This document shows, piece after piece, positions 9,931-18,002 of a stretch of DNA of 64,000 nucleotides (its first letter is position 1; each line of letters opens with the position of its first letter). The notes under the pieces are model-generated. The model was given only the letters and a program-made list of their open reading frames with translations, had not been told where the DNA came from and made no database searches. Source of the DNA: Spirochaetota bacterium (GTDB lineage: Bacteria > Spirochaetota > UBA4802 > UBA5550); assembly GCA_016929135.1 (NCBI GenBank), contig JAFGJK010000142.1, positions 2,059 through 66,058 of the forward strand, given 5' to 3'. Made by a program: the position numbers and the translations under genes.

Positions 9931-11475
9931 ATGAAAGACAGGAAAGACCTTCTACTGGGAGTCGATATCGGGTGCCAGTATGCCAAGGCCGCGATGTTCG
10001 ATGCCGAGGGGAATGTGTTGAGCCTCGCGCGGCTGAGCCAGGAACCGGACTCTTTGCCGAATATTCACTGGGTCGAGCACGATACCGAAAGCTACTTTAA
10101 AACGGCGTGTAGCGCCATAAAGAAGGCCCTCGCTCCGCTGGGCCCGGACATATCACGCCTGAGGGCCGTCGGGCTGACGACGTTCCGTAACACCAATATT
10201 GCCGTTGACGAGAAGGGTAAGGCATTGCGTCCGGCAGTGGTCTATCTGGACAAGCGCGAGAACCTATCGCCACCGCCACTCACATTGATCTGGAAGGTGA
10301 TTTTCAGGCTGATCGGGCGACACAACGCCATCCAGTATGTGCGCAAGAATTCGAAGTTTACCTGGATAAGGCAGAACGAGCCTGAGATCTATAATAAAAC
10401 GCACAAGTTCGTGCAGGCCTCGAGCTACATCAATTACCATCTAACCGGCCAAATGAATGAGACGATCCCGATGATGGTGGGGACCTTTCCCTTCAACGTG
10501 AAAAAAGGCGAGTTCTTCACGCAATCCGGCATTCACGACGCCTTCGGCATCACTCCGGATCTGCTGCCCGACCTGATACCGGCGCTCAGCATCTCCGGTA
10601 CGATCACGCAGGAGGCTTCCGAAAAGACAGGGATTCCCCAGGGATTGCCGGTGGTGGTGGGCGGCGGCGACATCCAGACCGCCGTGGTGGGCATGGGCGC
10701 GGTCGATGAAGGCTCGGCCTCGATGGTGCTCGGAACCACCGTACGCTTTCAGATCAGCTCCGAAAAGTACGTGTCGGATAAGGAGAACAGGTTTATGCCC
10801 TGGCCCGCCGCCGTCCCGGGCCGGTACTGTCTCGAAACGACCATCCCCGGCGGTTTTCTGAGCATAACCTGGTTCGGGAGGGAGCTGTCGCATCTCGAGG
10901 CGCAGCGCGCCGCCAGTACCGGTATATCCACCGAACAGGTGCTGGATGAGGCCGGCGCACAGATACCGCCCGGATCACTGGGCCTCATCGTGCACCCCTA
11001 CTGGGTGAGCTATATCGGTCACGAAAATGCGCGGGGCTCGATACTCGGCTTGAATCTTATGCACACCCGGGCGCATGTATATCGGGCCCTGATCGAGGGA
11101 ATCGCCTACGAATCACGGGTGGGATGTGAAGTGATTGAAGAGAGAACGGGAACGCGCCCCCGGGAGGTGCGCATCTCCGGCGGGCCGGCAAAGAGCGACC
11201 TCGTGATGACGATCCTGGCCGACGTATTGCAGATACCGACCGTCCGCATGAAGGTCAGTGAGGCCGGCGCGCTGGGGGCGGCCATCTGCGCCGCTGCGGG
11301 AACGGGCCTCTTCCGCGATTACAGGGAAGCGATTGCGTCGATGGTTCAGGATGATCGCCGCTTCGAGCCGAATCCGGCGAACGCGGCGGTGTACACGCGA
11401 TTATTCAACGTGTACAAGTCGGTGTATCCCAGAATCGCCGAGTATTACGACCAGACCAATCCGGCAAACTGGTAG
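9931..11475 (+). CDS. FGGY-family carbohydrate kinase (xylulokinase/glycerol-kinase-like)
   Basis: LLGVDIGCQYAKAAMFD N-terminal motif, GGGDIQTAVVGMGA and SGGPAKSDLVMTILADVL. ATG 9931 follows AGGAGG. Confidence 0.85.
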   Translation: MKDRKDLLLGVDIGCQYAKAAMFDAEGNVLSLARLSQEPDSLPNIHWVEHDTESYFKTACSAIKKALAPLGPDISRLRAVGLTTFRNTNIAVDEKGKALRPAVVYLDKRENLSPPPLTLIWKVIFRLIGRHNAIQYVRKNSKFTWIRQNEPEIYNKTHKFVQASSYINYHLTGQMNETIPMMVGTFPFNVKKGEFFTQSGIHDAFGITPDLLPDLIPALSISGTITQEASEKTGIPQGLPVVVGGGDIQTAVVGMGAVDEGSASMVLGTTVRFQISSEKYVSDKENRFMPWPAAVPGRYCLETTIPGGFLSITWFGRELSHLEAQRAASTGISTEQVLDEAGAQIPPGSLGLIVHPYWVSYIGHENARGSILGLNLMHTRAHVYRALIEGIAYESRVGCEVIEERTGTRPREVRISGGPAKSDLVMTILADVLQIPTVRMKVSEAGALGAAICAAAGTGLFRDYREAIASMVQDDRRFEPNPANAAVYTRLFNVYKSVYPRIAEYYDQTNPANW

Positions 11476-11566
11476 CGGATGACCGCACCGGCATACAGGC
11501 ATCGGTTCTGAGATGACGGCATGTGCCGGGCAGTGTCCGTTATATGTAACACGGGAGGAATAGAAA

Positions 11567-12889
11567 ATGTCTTCACAGCAGGTGTCGATCCCCTTCGGGG
11601 GGAAAATGATGACGATTACTCTTCCGGAACACTGGAAGGTGAAGGAGATCATTTCACCGAGGCAGTACCGGGCGCTCGAAAATGTAAAGCGCGGGGTGCT
11701 GCAGGCGATGGACGATCCGATCGATGCGGTGCCGGTGAAAAAAATGAAGCTGCAGGGGAAAAAGATCACCTTCGTGGTCGATGACATCGCCAGGCCCACG
11801 CCGCTCAACCTTTATTTTAAAGATATCGTCGCACACATGGTGAAATCCGGGGCTTCGAAAAGTGATATGCGCATACTCCTTGCCCTGGGCGTCCACAGGC
11901 CCATGACGCAGGAGGAGGTGGAGGGGAAGCTGGGGAAAGAAGCCATCCGCGGGATACGATGGATGAACCACGATTGCCACGACGAATCGATGAATCTGTC
12001 GCTGGGTAAGACATCCCGGGGAACCCCGGTGTCCTTGAATCGCCATCTCCTTGATGCCGACCTCATCGTCTGCGTCGGGGCCATCGAACCCCATCTCCTG
12101 CTGGGCTTCGGCGGCGGGATGAAGATGCTTCTCCCGGGAACCGCCCATGCCGATACCATCGCCCGCAATCATATGCAGGGTGTGTCGCCGGAGATGTATA
12201 ACTATGTCGGGGTTCCGGAGAGTCCCATGCGCCTGGATCTCGAGGAGGCGGTGGGGATGCTACGCAGGGAGATATTCATCATCAATGCGGTGCTCAACGA
12301 AAATCTGGAGATATGCCGTTTTGTGTGCGGCCATCCGATAACCGCGCACCGCGAAGGCGTGCGCACTGTCACCGGTATCAACGGCATACGGCTGGAGTGC
12401 CGGGCCGACGTGGCCATCGTGGCGTCCAACCCGATGAACGTGGACCTGCGGCAGGGGATGAAGTGCGTGGGAAACGTGGAAAGGGTCGTGAAGGACAACG
12501 GACTGGTCCTGGCCTTTCTCGCCTGCGAGCAGGGAGTGGGCGACGTGGCGCTCCCGGCAAAACCGGTTTCCCACCGGGTGCTCCGCTTCATCCTGCGGGG
12601 CCTGGGGAAAAAACGGGTGCTCTGGTTCATCGACAGGGTAAAAAAGGACGCAGGGATAGAGGAGCGTTTCCTGGCCCACTTTTCCATGCAGGTGGCCAGG
12701 AAAAACCGCATCCTCGTCTTTTCTGAAAAGCTCCCCCGCGACACCGGCGCGAGGCTGGGATTGTTCCGCCAGTTTGATTCCCCTGAGGAGATGATGGCCG
12801 CTGCGGCCGGGTATGCGCCGAAACGAGCGACGGTATACGTGTTCACGCACGGCGGTGTCACCTATCCGATAATCGGGATGGAGCGTTGA
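11567..12889 (+). CDS. LarA-like (DUF2088) nickel-pincer-dependent racemase/epimerase family protein
   Basis: VVDDIARPTP, ALGVHRPMT, GFGGGMKMLLPG and ASNPMNVDLRQG are typical of the lactate racemase N-terminal domain family. Confidence 0.75.
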   Translation: MSSQQVSIPFGGKMMTITLPEHWKVKEIISPRQYRALENVKRGVLQAMDDPIDAVPVKKMKLQGKKITFVVDDIARPTPLNLYFKDIVAHMVKSGASKSDMRILLALGVHRPMTQEEVEGKLGKEAIRGIRWMNHDCHDESMNLSLGKTSRGTPVSLNRHLLDADLIVCVGAIEPHLLLGFGGGMKMLLPGTAHADTIARNHMQGVSPEMYNYVGVPESPMRLDLEEAVGMLRREIFIINAVLNENLEICRFVCGHPITAHREGVRTVTGINGIRLECRADVAIVASNPMNVDLRQGMKCVGNVERVVKDNGLVLAFLACEQGVGDVALPAKPVSHRVLRFILRGLGKKRVLWFIDRVKKDAGIEERFLAHFSMQVARKNRILVFSEKLPRDTGARLGLFRQFDSPEEMMAAAAGYAPKRATVYVFTHGGVTYPIIGMER

Positions 12890-12949
12890 TTGCACGCCTG
12901 AAGAAGCGTCATTATCTGGAACATTCTATATAGAGGAGGCGGTTTGCTC

Positions 12950-13786
12950 ATGGATATGCGCACAATACTGCGTGGTTTAAAGTTTCCAGAAGGGCCGTCA
13001 TTCGACAGTAAGGGAAACCTCTGGTTTGTTGAGATTCATGGAAGAAATCTTTCCCGATGGGATGGAGAGGAATTAATCCGCTATAATATTGATGGTATTC
13101 CCAACGGTACCAGCATAGACGGTCACGGGCGAATATGGATTACCGACAGCGGTAAAGGAGTAATCAGGGTGTTCGACCCTATGGATCATTCTTTCCGGAC
13201 AGTCTGTTCCGTTACGGAAGAAGGGGAATCACTTAAACGCCCAAACGACCTTGCATTCGACAGTTCCGGAAACCTGTTCTTTTCTGATCATGCAGATGGT
13301 AGAACGGAACCCGTCTCTACATTCTGTGTATTACCAAGGAACGGCAGTAACGCAAAAGTCATAGCAAAAAACAAGCAATTTACAAACGGATTGGCTTTCA
13401 GGGGCGATGGCACAACGCTGCTCTTCTCGGAAACATACCGGCAAAGAGTATGGATGGCTGAATGGGATAACCGGAACCTGGAATTACACAACGAAAGAAT
13501 TTTTGCAGAAGCAGGAAAGAACCCTTTGGGACCGGATGGTATTGCCTTTGATGAAGAAGAAAACCTGTATGTCGCAATTATCTTGGAAGGTATCATAAAT
13601 GTATATAATAAAGACGGAGACATTATCAAGTCCCTGAAAATAAAGGGTAGTATGCCCACCAGCTGCGCCTTTGACCCGACGGGCAGACTGGGGCTTGTCG
13701 TCACGGAAGCAGAACGGGGAGAAATACTATCATTTCCGGGGATGGGGAAAGGACTTTCCCTTTTTCAAGAGAATGAATTGAATTGA
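12950..13786 (+). CDS. SMP-30/gluconolactonase/LRE-family beta-propeller hydrolase
   Basis: FPEGPSFDSKGNLWFVE, PNDLAFDSSGNLFFSD, NGLAF, and PDGIAFDEEENLYVA repeats. TTG 12944 is an alternative start. Confidence 0.8.
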   Translation: MDMRTILRGLKFPEGPSFDSKGNLWFVEIHGRNLSRWDGEELIRYNIDGIPNGTSIDGHGRIWITDSGKGVIRVFDPMDHSFRTVCSVTEEGESLKRPNDLAFDSSGNLFFSDHADGRTEPVSTFCVLPRNGSNAKVIAKNKQFTNGLAFRGDGTTLLFSETYRQRVWMAEWDNRNLELHNERIFAEAGKNPLGPDGIAFDEEENLYVAIILEGIINVYNKDGDIIKSLKIKGSMPTSCAFDPTGRLGLVVTEAERGEILSFPGMGKGLSLFQENELN

Positions 13787-13961
13787 GCTGCGAAGCGGAA
13801 GAAAGAGGGTAACAATGATTCGATTCCCATCGCTGCCGCATTTTTCCCTGCCGTAGAAAGAAGAGAAAACAGGTAACAATCACCTCCAAATGCCTCACCT
13901 CTGACGCTGAAACGGTAACCTCATGTTCTTTAATACAATCTGATCCCCGGATGTTTTCCAT

Positions 13962-14009
13962 AAGCTCCTTATCGAGAGATTAGATCGATAGCTCGATGAA
14001 ATGTATATT
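13962..14009 (+). promoter_or_regulatory. Conserved element, site A (subtype 1): AAGCTCC-N12-TAGATC-N17-TATATT. It is an orphan, with no ORF close downstream.
   Basis: The sequence is near-identical to site B, with the same fixed 12-nt spacing between AAGCTCC and TAGAYM as in all four sites. The TAGATC / TATATT hexamers are spaced 17 nt apart. Confidence 0.5.
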
Positions 14010-14614
14010 AAAACTCGTCTGGCTATGGCATCTCATATTATTTCAATATGAATGATTCGGAATATGAAATGAAAAAGATGAGAGATCGCGCTGCGTATCG
14101 TAATTCCGATTCCGGTATTGATGGTATCGGCCGGTATGAAGTGCATCCTCTGATATAACAGGCTGGCAGCAGTCCGAAATCATTCACAATCTATCCATTG
14201 TCAGCCAATTCGCAAAGGTGCTCTTGTTTTAACTCGGGATGGTCCATCAGTCCCTTGTTGCATACATTGATCGTGGATCGTCAATATTCGACAGTGGGCC
14301 GAGGGCGGACGATGAGCGAAAGGCAACGGCGGGATTCAAGATGGTTCCTGAAACCGCAAGGGATGTGTCCTTTGCATGAAAAATACAAAATCCACACCGT
14401 TGAGTACAGTTATTACCATTGAGAACGGCAATGGGCTTGAGGTATGCGGTGTAACTTAGTCGTTTCCCTGTGCCGGGCCGCCCGCCCGATGCCATGGTAT
14501 TCATTATGGGAGATGCGATGCGTGCCGGGGATACCATAAACAGTATTGACTACGGCGCTGATATAGTATATCCTTTCCCTTCGACGCATATGGACCGTGA
14601 TTTGAAGTGGCGAT

Positions 14615-15685
14615 ATGGACCTTTTTAAAACCGTGAACTTTATCGGGGCGGTGCAGGGGATGGCGGTATTCCTGATTCTCGCCTTCAGCGGAAAGACGCG
14701 CAGGATGCCGAACCTTCTGCTGTCCGCCGCAGTGTTTCTCCTGTCGCTCAATCTCCTGCTCGATTACTTCTTCCATAGAAACGTCCCGATCATGTACGTA
14801 AAGGACACCTTCTTTCACATATTGATCGCCTTCGCCTGCGGTCCCTTTATTTACCTGTATGTGCGTTCCATTGCAGGATCATATCCGCCTGCCGCGAGGA
14901 AAATCATATCGTACTTTGCCCCCTTTATGCTCGCATCCCTCTTTGTCCTGGTATGCGCATGGAAGCCTTTCGGCCCCGTACTCTACCGGTATTATTTCCT
15001 TGCAGAGCTTTCGTCGCTACTGTGTTTTCTGGTCTTTCTCGTTTTCTCGATCGCTGCGGTGTACCGATACGAGAGATCCATCAGGGATGCCTATTCTAAT
15101 ATCGAGAAGATGAGCCTGCGCTGGCTCCAATTTCTGGTGTATTCCATGGCGATAATCCTTCTCTTCGCCGCGGCACTGTATCTGATGGGACGGGATTTCA
15201 AGTTGATATGGATATTGCTCTCGCTGCTGATGTACGTGATCGGTTATTTTACCTTAAGGAGGCCGGAGATACTGTTGGGGGAGATGGGAAAAAACCGTAG
15301 CGATAAATACGCCACCTCACCGCTGACTGCGGATTTCATCAGCAAGAGCAGGCGTGCCATCGACACGATTATGGAGGAGGAGAAGGTGTACCTGAACAGC
15401 GAGATCACCCTGCCGGTGCTGGCAGGGAAGCTCGCAATGCCGGTGCATCATCTGTCGCAGGTTATCAACCAGGCGTATCACAAGAATTTCTTCGAGTTCA
15501 TCAGCCATCACCGGATCATGGCGGCCAGGGAGATGCTATCCTCGCCGGTGGGGGGAGATCAGAGGATCGTCGACGTATGCTACCGTGTCGGATTCAACAC
15601 CGTGTCGGCCTTCAACAAGTCCTTCAAGAAGATCACCGGCCTGACGCCCACGCAGTTCAGGAATAGGAATTGCCGTATCCCGTAG
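14615..15685 (+). CDS. 7-TM membrane-integrated AraC-family regulator (AraC2)
   Basis: About 7 hydrophobic helices in the first ~215 aa, followed by LPVLAGKLAMPVHHLSQVINQAYHKNFFEFISHHRIMAAREML...GFNTVSAFNKSFKKITGLTPTQFR. Confidence 0.9.
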   Translation: MDLFKTVNFIGAVQGMAVFLILAFSGKTRRMPNLLLSAAVFLLSLNLLLDYFFHRNVPIMYVKDTFFHILIAFACGPFIYLYVRSIAGSYPPAARKIISYFAPFMLASLFVLVCAWKPFGPVLYRYYFLAELSSLLCFLVFLVFSIAAVYRYERSIRDAYSNIEKMSLRWLQFLVYSMAIILLFAAALYLMGRDFKLIWILLSLLMYVIGYFTLRRPEILLGEMGKNRSDKYATSPLTADFISKSRRAIDTIMEEEKVYLNSEITLPVLAGKLAMPVHHLSQVINQAYHKNFFEFISHHRIMAAREMLSSPVGGDQRIVDVCYRVGFNTVSAFNKSFKKITGLTPTQFRNRNCRIP

Positions 15686-15823
15686 ATTGCCTCCATCTTT
15701 GGCCGGAAATATCGGTCGGCACGCATGCAGTGTCGTGTGCAGCTCCTGTCCGGAGTACCGTCGAATCGCCCTTATAACGAATCCCATCGCCCTCATCGCC
15801 CTTTTGCACAATGGATTTCCCGT

Positions 15824-15871
15824 AAGCTCCTTATCGAGCGATTAGATCGATCGTCCTGCCCAGTGTTACCT
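15824..15871 (+). promoter_or_regulatory. Conserved element, site B (subtype 1), about 60-105 nt upstream of the MBL-A start
   Basis: The sequence is AAGCTCCTTATCGAGCGATTAGATCG..., with TAGATC-N17-TTACCT. It lies between AraC2 and the MBL operon. Confidence 0.55.
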
Positions 15872-15929
15872 TCCGCCATAATGAGGCTGAAAAGCCGAAC
15901 AAATTATTCGATGAAGGAGGATTCTGATT

Positions 15930-16709
15930 ATGGCATCGAGAAGACGAAAGATCGCTCTGGGTGTCGGGATACCCCTGGTGGTGCTGCTGACGGTGCTGTC
16001 GGCGCTTGGCCTTCTCTACTACAGGCAGCTGACAAGGTCGCGTGCGGCCATGACACCCATGGAAACGCAGAAGGTGATGGATGGGGTGTATGTGTGCAGG
16101 GCGGCATGGTACAACAACTTCTGGCTCTTCAAGACGGACTGCGGCCTGGTGGCCTTCGACACCGGTTTGTTCCCTGAGAAGACCAGGAGCGAGATGGCCA
16201 AGCTCGGCTTCAGGCCGGAGGATGTGAAGGCGGTTTTCCTCACCCACACTGACCAGGAGCATGCCGGCGGGGTTGTCAATTTCCCCAACGCCAAGGTGTA
16301 CATCGGCAAGGACGAGGTGCAGATGATCGACGGGACCACCGGGAGAGTACCGTGGCCACTATCGATCGTCTACTACAACGAGCTCAAGGTTCCCTATACC
16401 ACTCTGGAGGACGGTGAAACGGTGGATGTGTGCGGCCTCAAGGTGAAGACGGTGTTCTGCCCGGGACATACGCCGGGAATCGTGGTCTACGTGGTGGGGG
16501 ACAAGCTGCTGACCGGCGACACCATGGGTCTGGTGAAGGGTCGCGCCGTGGCCTTCAACGAGTACCTCTGGGTCAATATGAGCAATGAGCAGTTGAATCG
16601 ATCGATCCGGGATATTCTGGCGAAGATACCCGGCATCAAGTACATCCTGAGCATGCATTACGGTATGACAGACGACGCCGACAGGGCCTTCGAGGAGTGG
16701 AGGAACTGA
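15930..16709 (+). CDS. Membrane-anchored MBL-fold metallo-hydrolase (MBL-A, copy 2)
   Basis: N-terminal anchor (IALGVGIPLVVLLTVLSALGLLYY), FLTHTDQEHAG and CPGHTPG motifs, and RBS GAAGGAGG. Confidence 0.9.
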   Translation: MASRRRKIALGVGIPLVVLLTVLSALGLLYYRQLTRSRAAMTPMETQKVMDGVYVCRAAWYNNFWLFKTDCGLVAFDTGLFPEKTRSEMAKLGFRPEDVKAVFLTHTDQEHAGGVVNFPNAKVYIGKDEVQMIDGTTGRVPWPLSIVYYNELKVPYTTLEDGETVDVCGLKVKTVFCPGHTPGIVVYVVGDKLLTGDTMGLVKGRAVAFNEYLWVNMSNEQLNRSIRDILAKIPGIKYILSMHYGMTDDADRAFEEWRN

Positions 16710-16736
16710 AAATTTATCATCCTGCAGGAGGACTCT

Positions 16737-17501
16737 ATGACAGCAAATACTGGAAAAAGTAAAAAACGATTGCTGATCGCCATCGGCGTGCCGGTGGCCC
16801 TGGCGATCGTTTTCTACGGAACGTACAAATACGTGAGAACCCAGCATCGCAAGCACTACCATCCCCTGGCGACGCAGGAGGTGTTCCCCGGCGTGTATAC
16901 GATACGGGACGATTACGTCAACGCCTGGTTCGTCAGGAGCGACTGCGGCCTGGTGGCGATGGACACCGCGATGCACGCGGACACCATAAGGCGCGAGATG
17001 GCAAAGCTCAACCTGCGGCCCGAGGAGGTCAAGGCGGTGTTCCTCTCCCACTCGGACGCGGAGCACGCCGGGGAGCTCAAGGTGTTTCCCAACGCAACGG
17101 TGTACATGGCCCGGGCGGAGGTGCCGGTGGTGGACGGATCGACGTACCGGATACCGATCATTCTCATGAAAAATCACATCTCGGTTCCCTACACGACCCT
17201 GGAGGACGGGCAGGAGATGAATGTGTGCGGGGTGAAGATCCGGTGCGTTCTTACCCCGGGGCACACGCTGGGTTCCATGTCCTACGTGGTGAACGACACC
17301 ATGCTCTTCGGGGGGGATACCCTGAACCTGAGAAACGGCAAGGTCGAGGTGCTGGACCGTGGTTTCGTGAACATGGACGTGGACAGGATGATGAAGTCCA
17401 TCACGAGGCTCTCGCGGCTGACCGGGATACGGCACGTCATCACCCTGCACTTCGGAATTGCCGATTTTCAGAAGGCCTTCGCCAACTGGAGGGAGGAGTG
17501 A
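16737..17501 (+). CDS. Membrane-anchored MBL-fold metallo-hydrolase (MBL-B, copy 2)
   Basis: FLSHSDAEHAG and TPGHTLG motifs, an N-terminal anchor, and paralogy to 523..1287. Confidence 0.9.
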   Translation: MTANTGKSKKRLLIAIGVPVALAIVFYGTYKYVRTQHRKHYHPLATQEVFPGVYTIRDDYVNAWFVRSDCGLVAMDTAMHADTIRREMAKLNLRPEEVKAVFLSHSDAEHAGELKVFPNATVYMARAEVPVVDGSTYRIPIILMKNHISVPYTTLEDGQEMNVCGVKIRCVLTPGHTLGSMSYVVNDTMLFGGDTLNLRNGKVEVLDRGFVNMDVDRMMKSITRLSRLTGIRHVITLHFGIADFQKAFANWREE

Positions 17502-17611
17502 GGGGCGATGCGAATCGCATTGCCAGGACAACACTAATTCCGGTAATGGCGGCCATGCCGCGGCATGTACGGGGCCGGCCGTCCCTTCCCGGAAACGCAG
17601 GAGAGGATACT

Positions 17612-17719
17612 ATGGCAAAGAAACTATTACTGGGCGCGCTCGCCGCTGCTGCGGCCGTGACCATCGGTATGGCGGTCTACTACATCATCGTGCTGGTGGT
17701 GTACAGAACTCTGCCGTGA
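17612..17719 (+). CDS. 35-aa hydrophobic single-TM micropeptide (MAKKLLLGALAAAAAVTIGMAVYYIIVLVVYRTLP)
   Basis: It is hidden as the C-terminus of the spurious ORF 17225..17719. It has its own ATG after GGAGAGGATACT and is 23/35 identical to 1384..1491. Confidence 0.65.
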   Translation: MAKKLLLGALAAAAAVTIGMAVYYIIVLVVYRTLP

Positions 17720-17801
17720 TGGGATGACGGTTCGCGGAAGGAAAGCGGCTCCCGGATAAAATCCTGGAAGAGAATTCAATATCGGACGAACACACATGAG
17801 G

Positions 17802-17840
17802 GCCGTGCAGAAACATGCAAACTGCACGGCTCGCATTTTT
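17802..17840 (+). terminator. Putative intrinsic terminator after the MBL/micropeptide operon
   Basis: 9-bp stem GCCGTGCAG / CTGCACGGC with an 11-nt loop, followed by TCGCATTTTT. Confidence 0.55.
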
Positions 17841-18002
17841 AGATTTATATGTTCCGTTGCCATCGTGCATAGCCATTTATAGGCGAGGAAGACAGCTTGG
17901 CTATCGTTTTGCTATACTCGCATTATGCGAAAGAGGCATGGTGAAATTTCCTCGGCTATAGCGATTTGGCAAAATCAATACGGATAAAGGATACGGTGTT
18001 GT

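Larger units (their letters stand above)
16215..17760 (+). repeat. Copy 2 of the diverged segmental duplication (see 1..1530)
   Basis: Collinear with nt 1-1530, and the homology continues a few tens of nt past the small ORF. Confidence 0.85.

Noticed and set aside
14048-14158. A 36-codon ORF (MNDSEYEMKKMRDRAAYRNSDSGIDGIGRYEVHPLI) downstream of orphan site A.
   Set aside because: It has no RBS, no recognisable motif and no second copy for comparison. This contrasts with the 35-aa micropeptide, which is supported by a paralogous copy.
17893-17920. A possible fifth, degenerate copy of the AAGCTCC...TAGAYM element (CAGCTTGGCTATCGTTTTGCTATACTCG) about 85 nt upstream of the acyltransferase gene.
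   Set aside because: Only partial matches are present (AGCT, CTATCG, GCTA-AC). An extra base is needed to align it, and no convincing -10 hexamer occurs at the expected spacing. It is too weak to call without a statistical motif scan.
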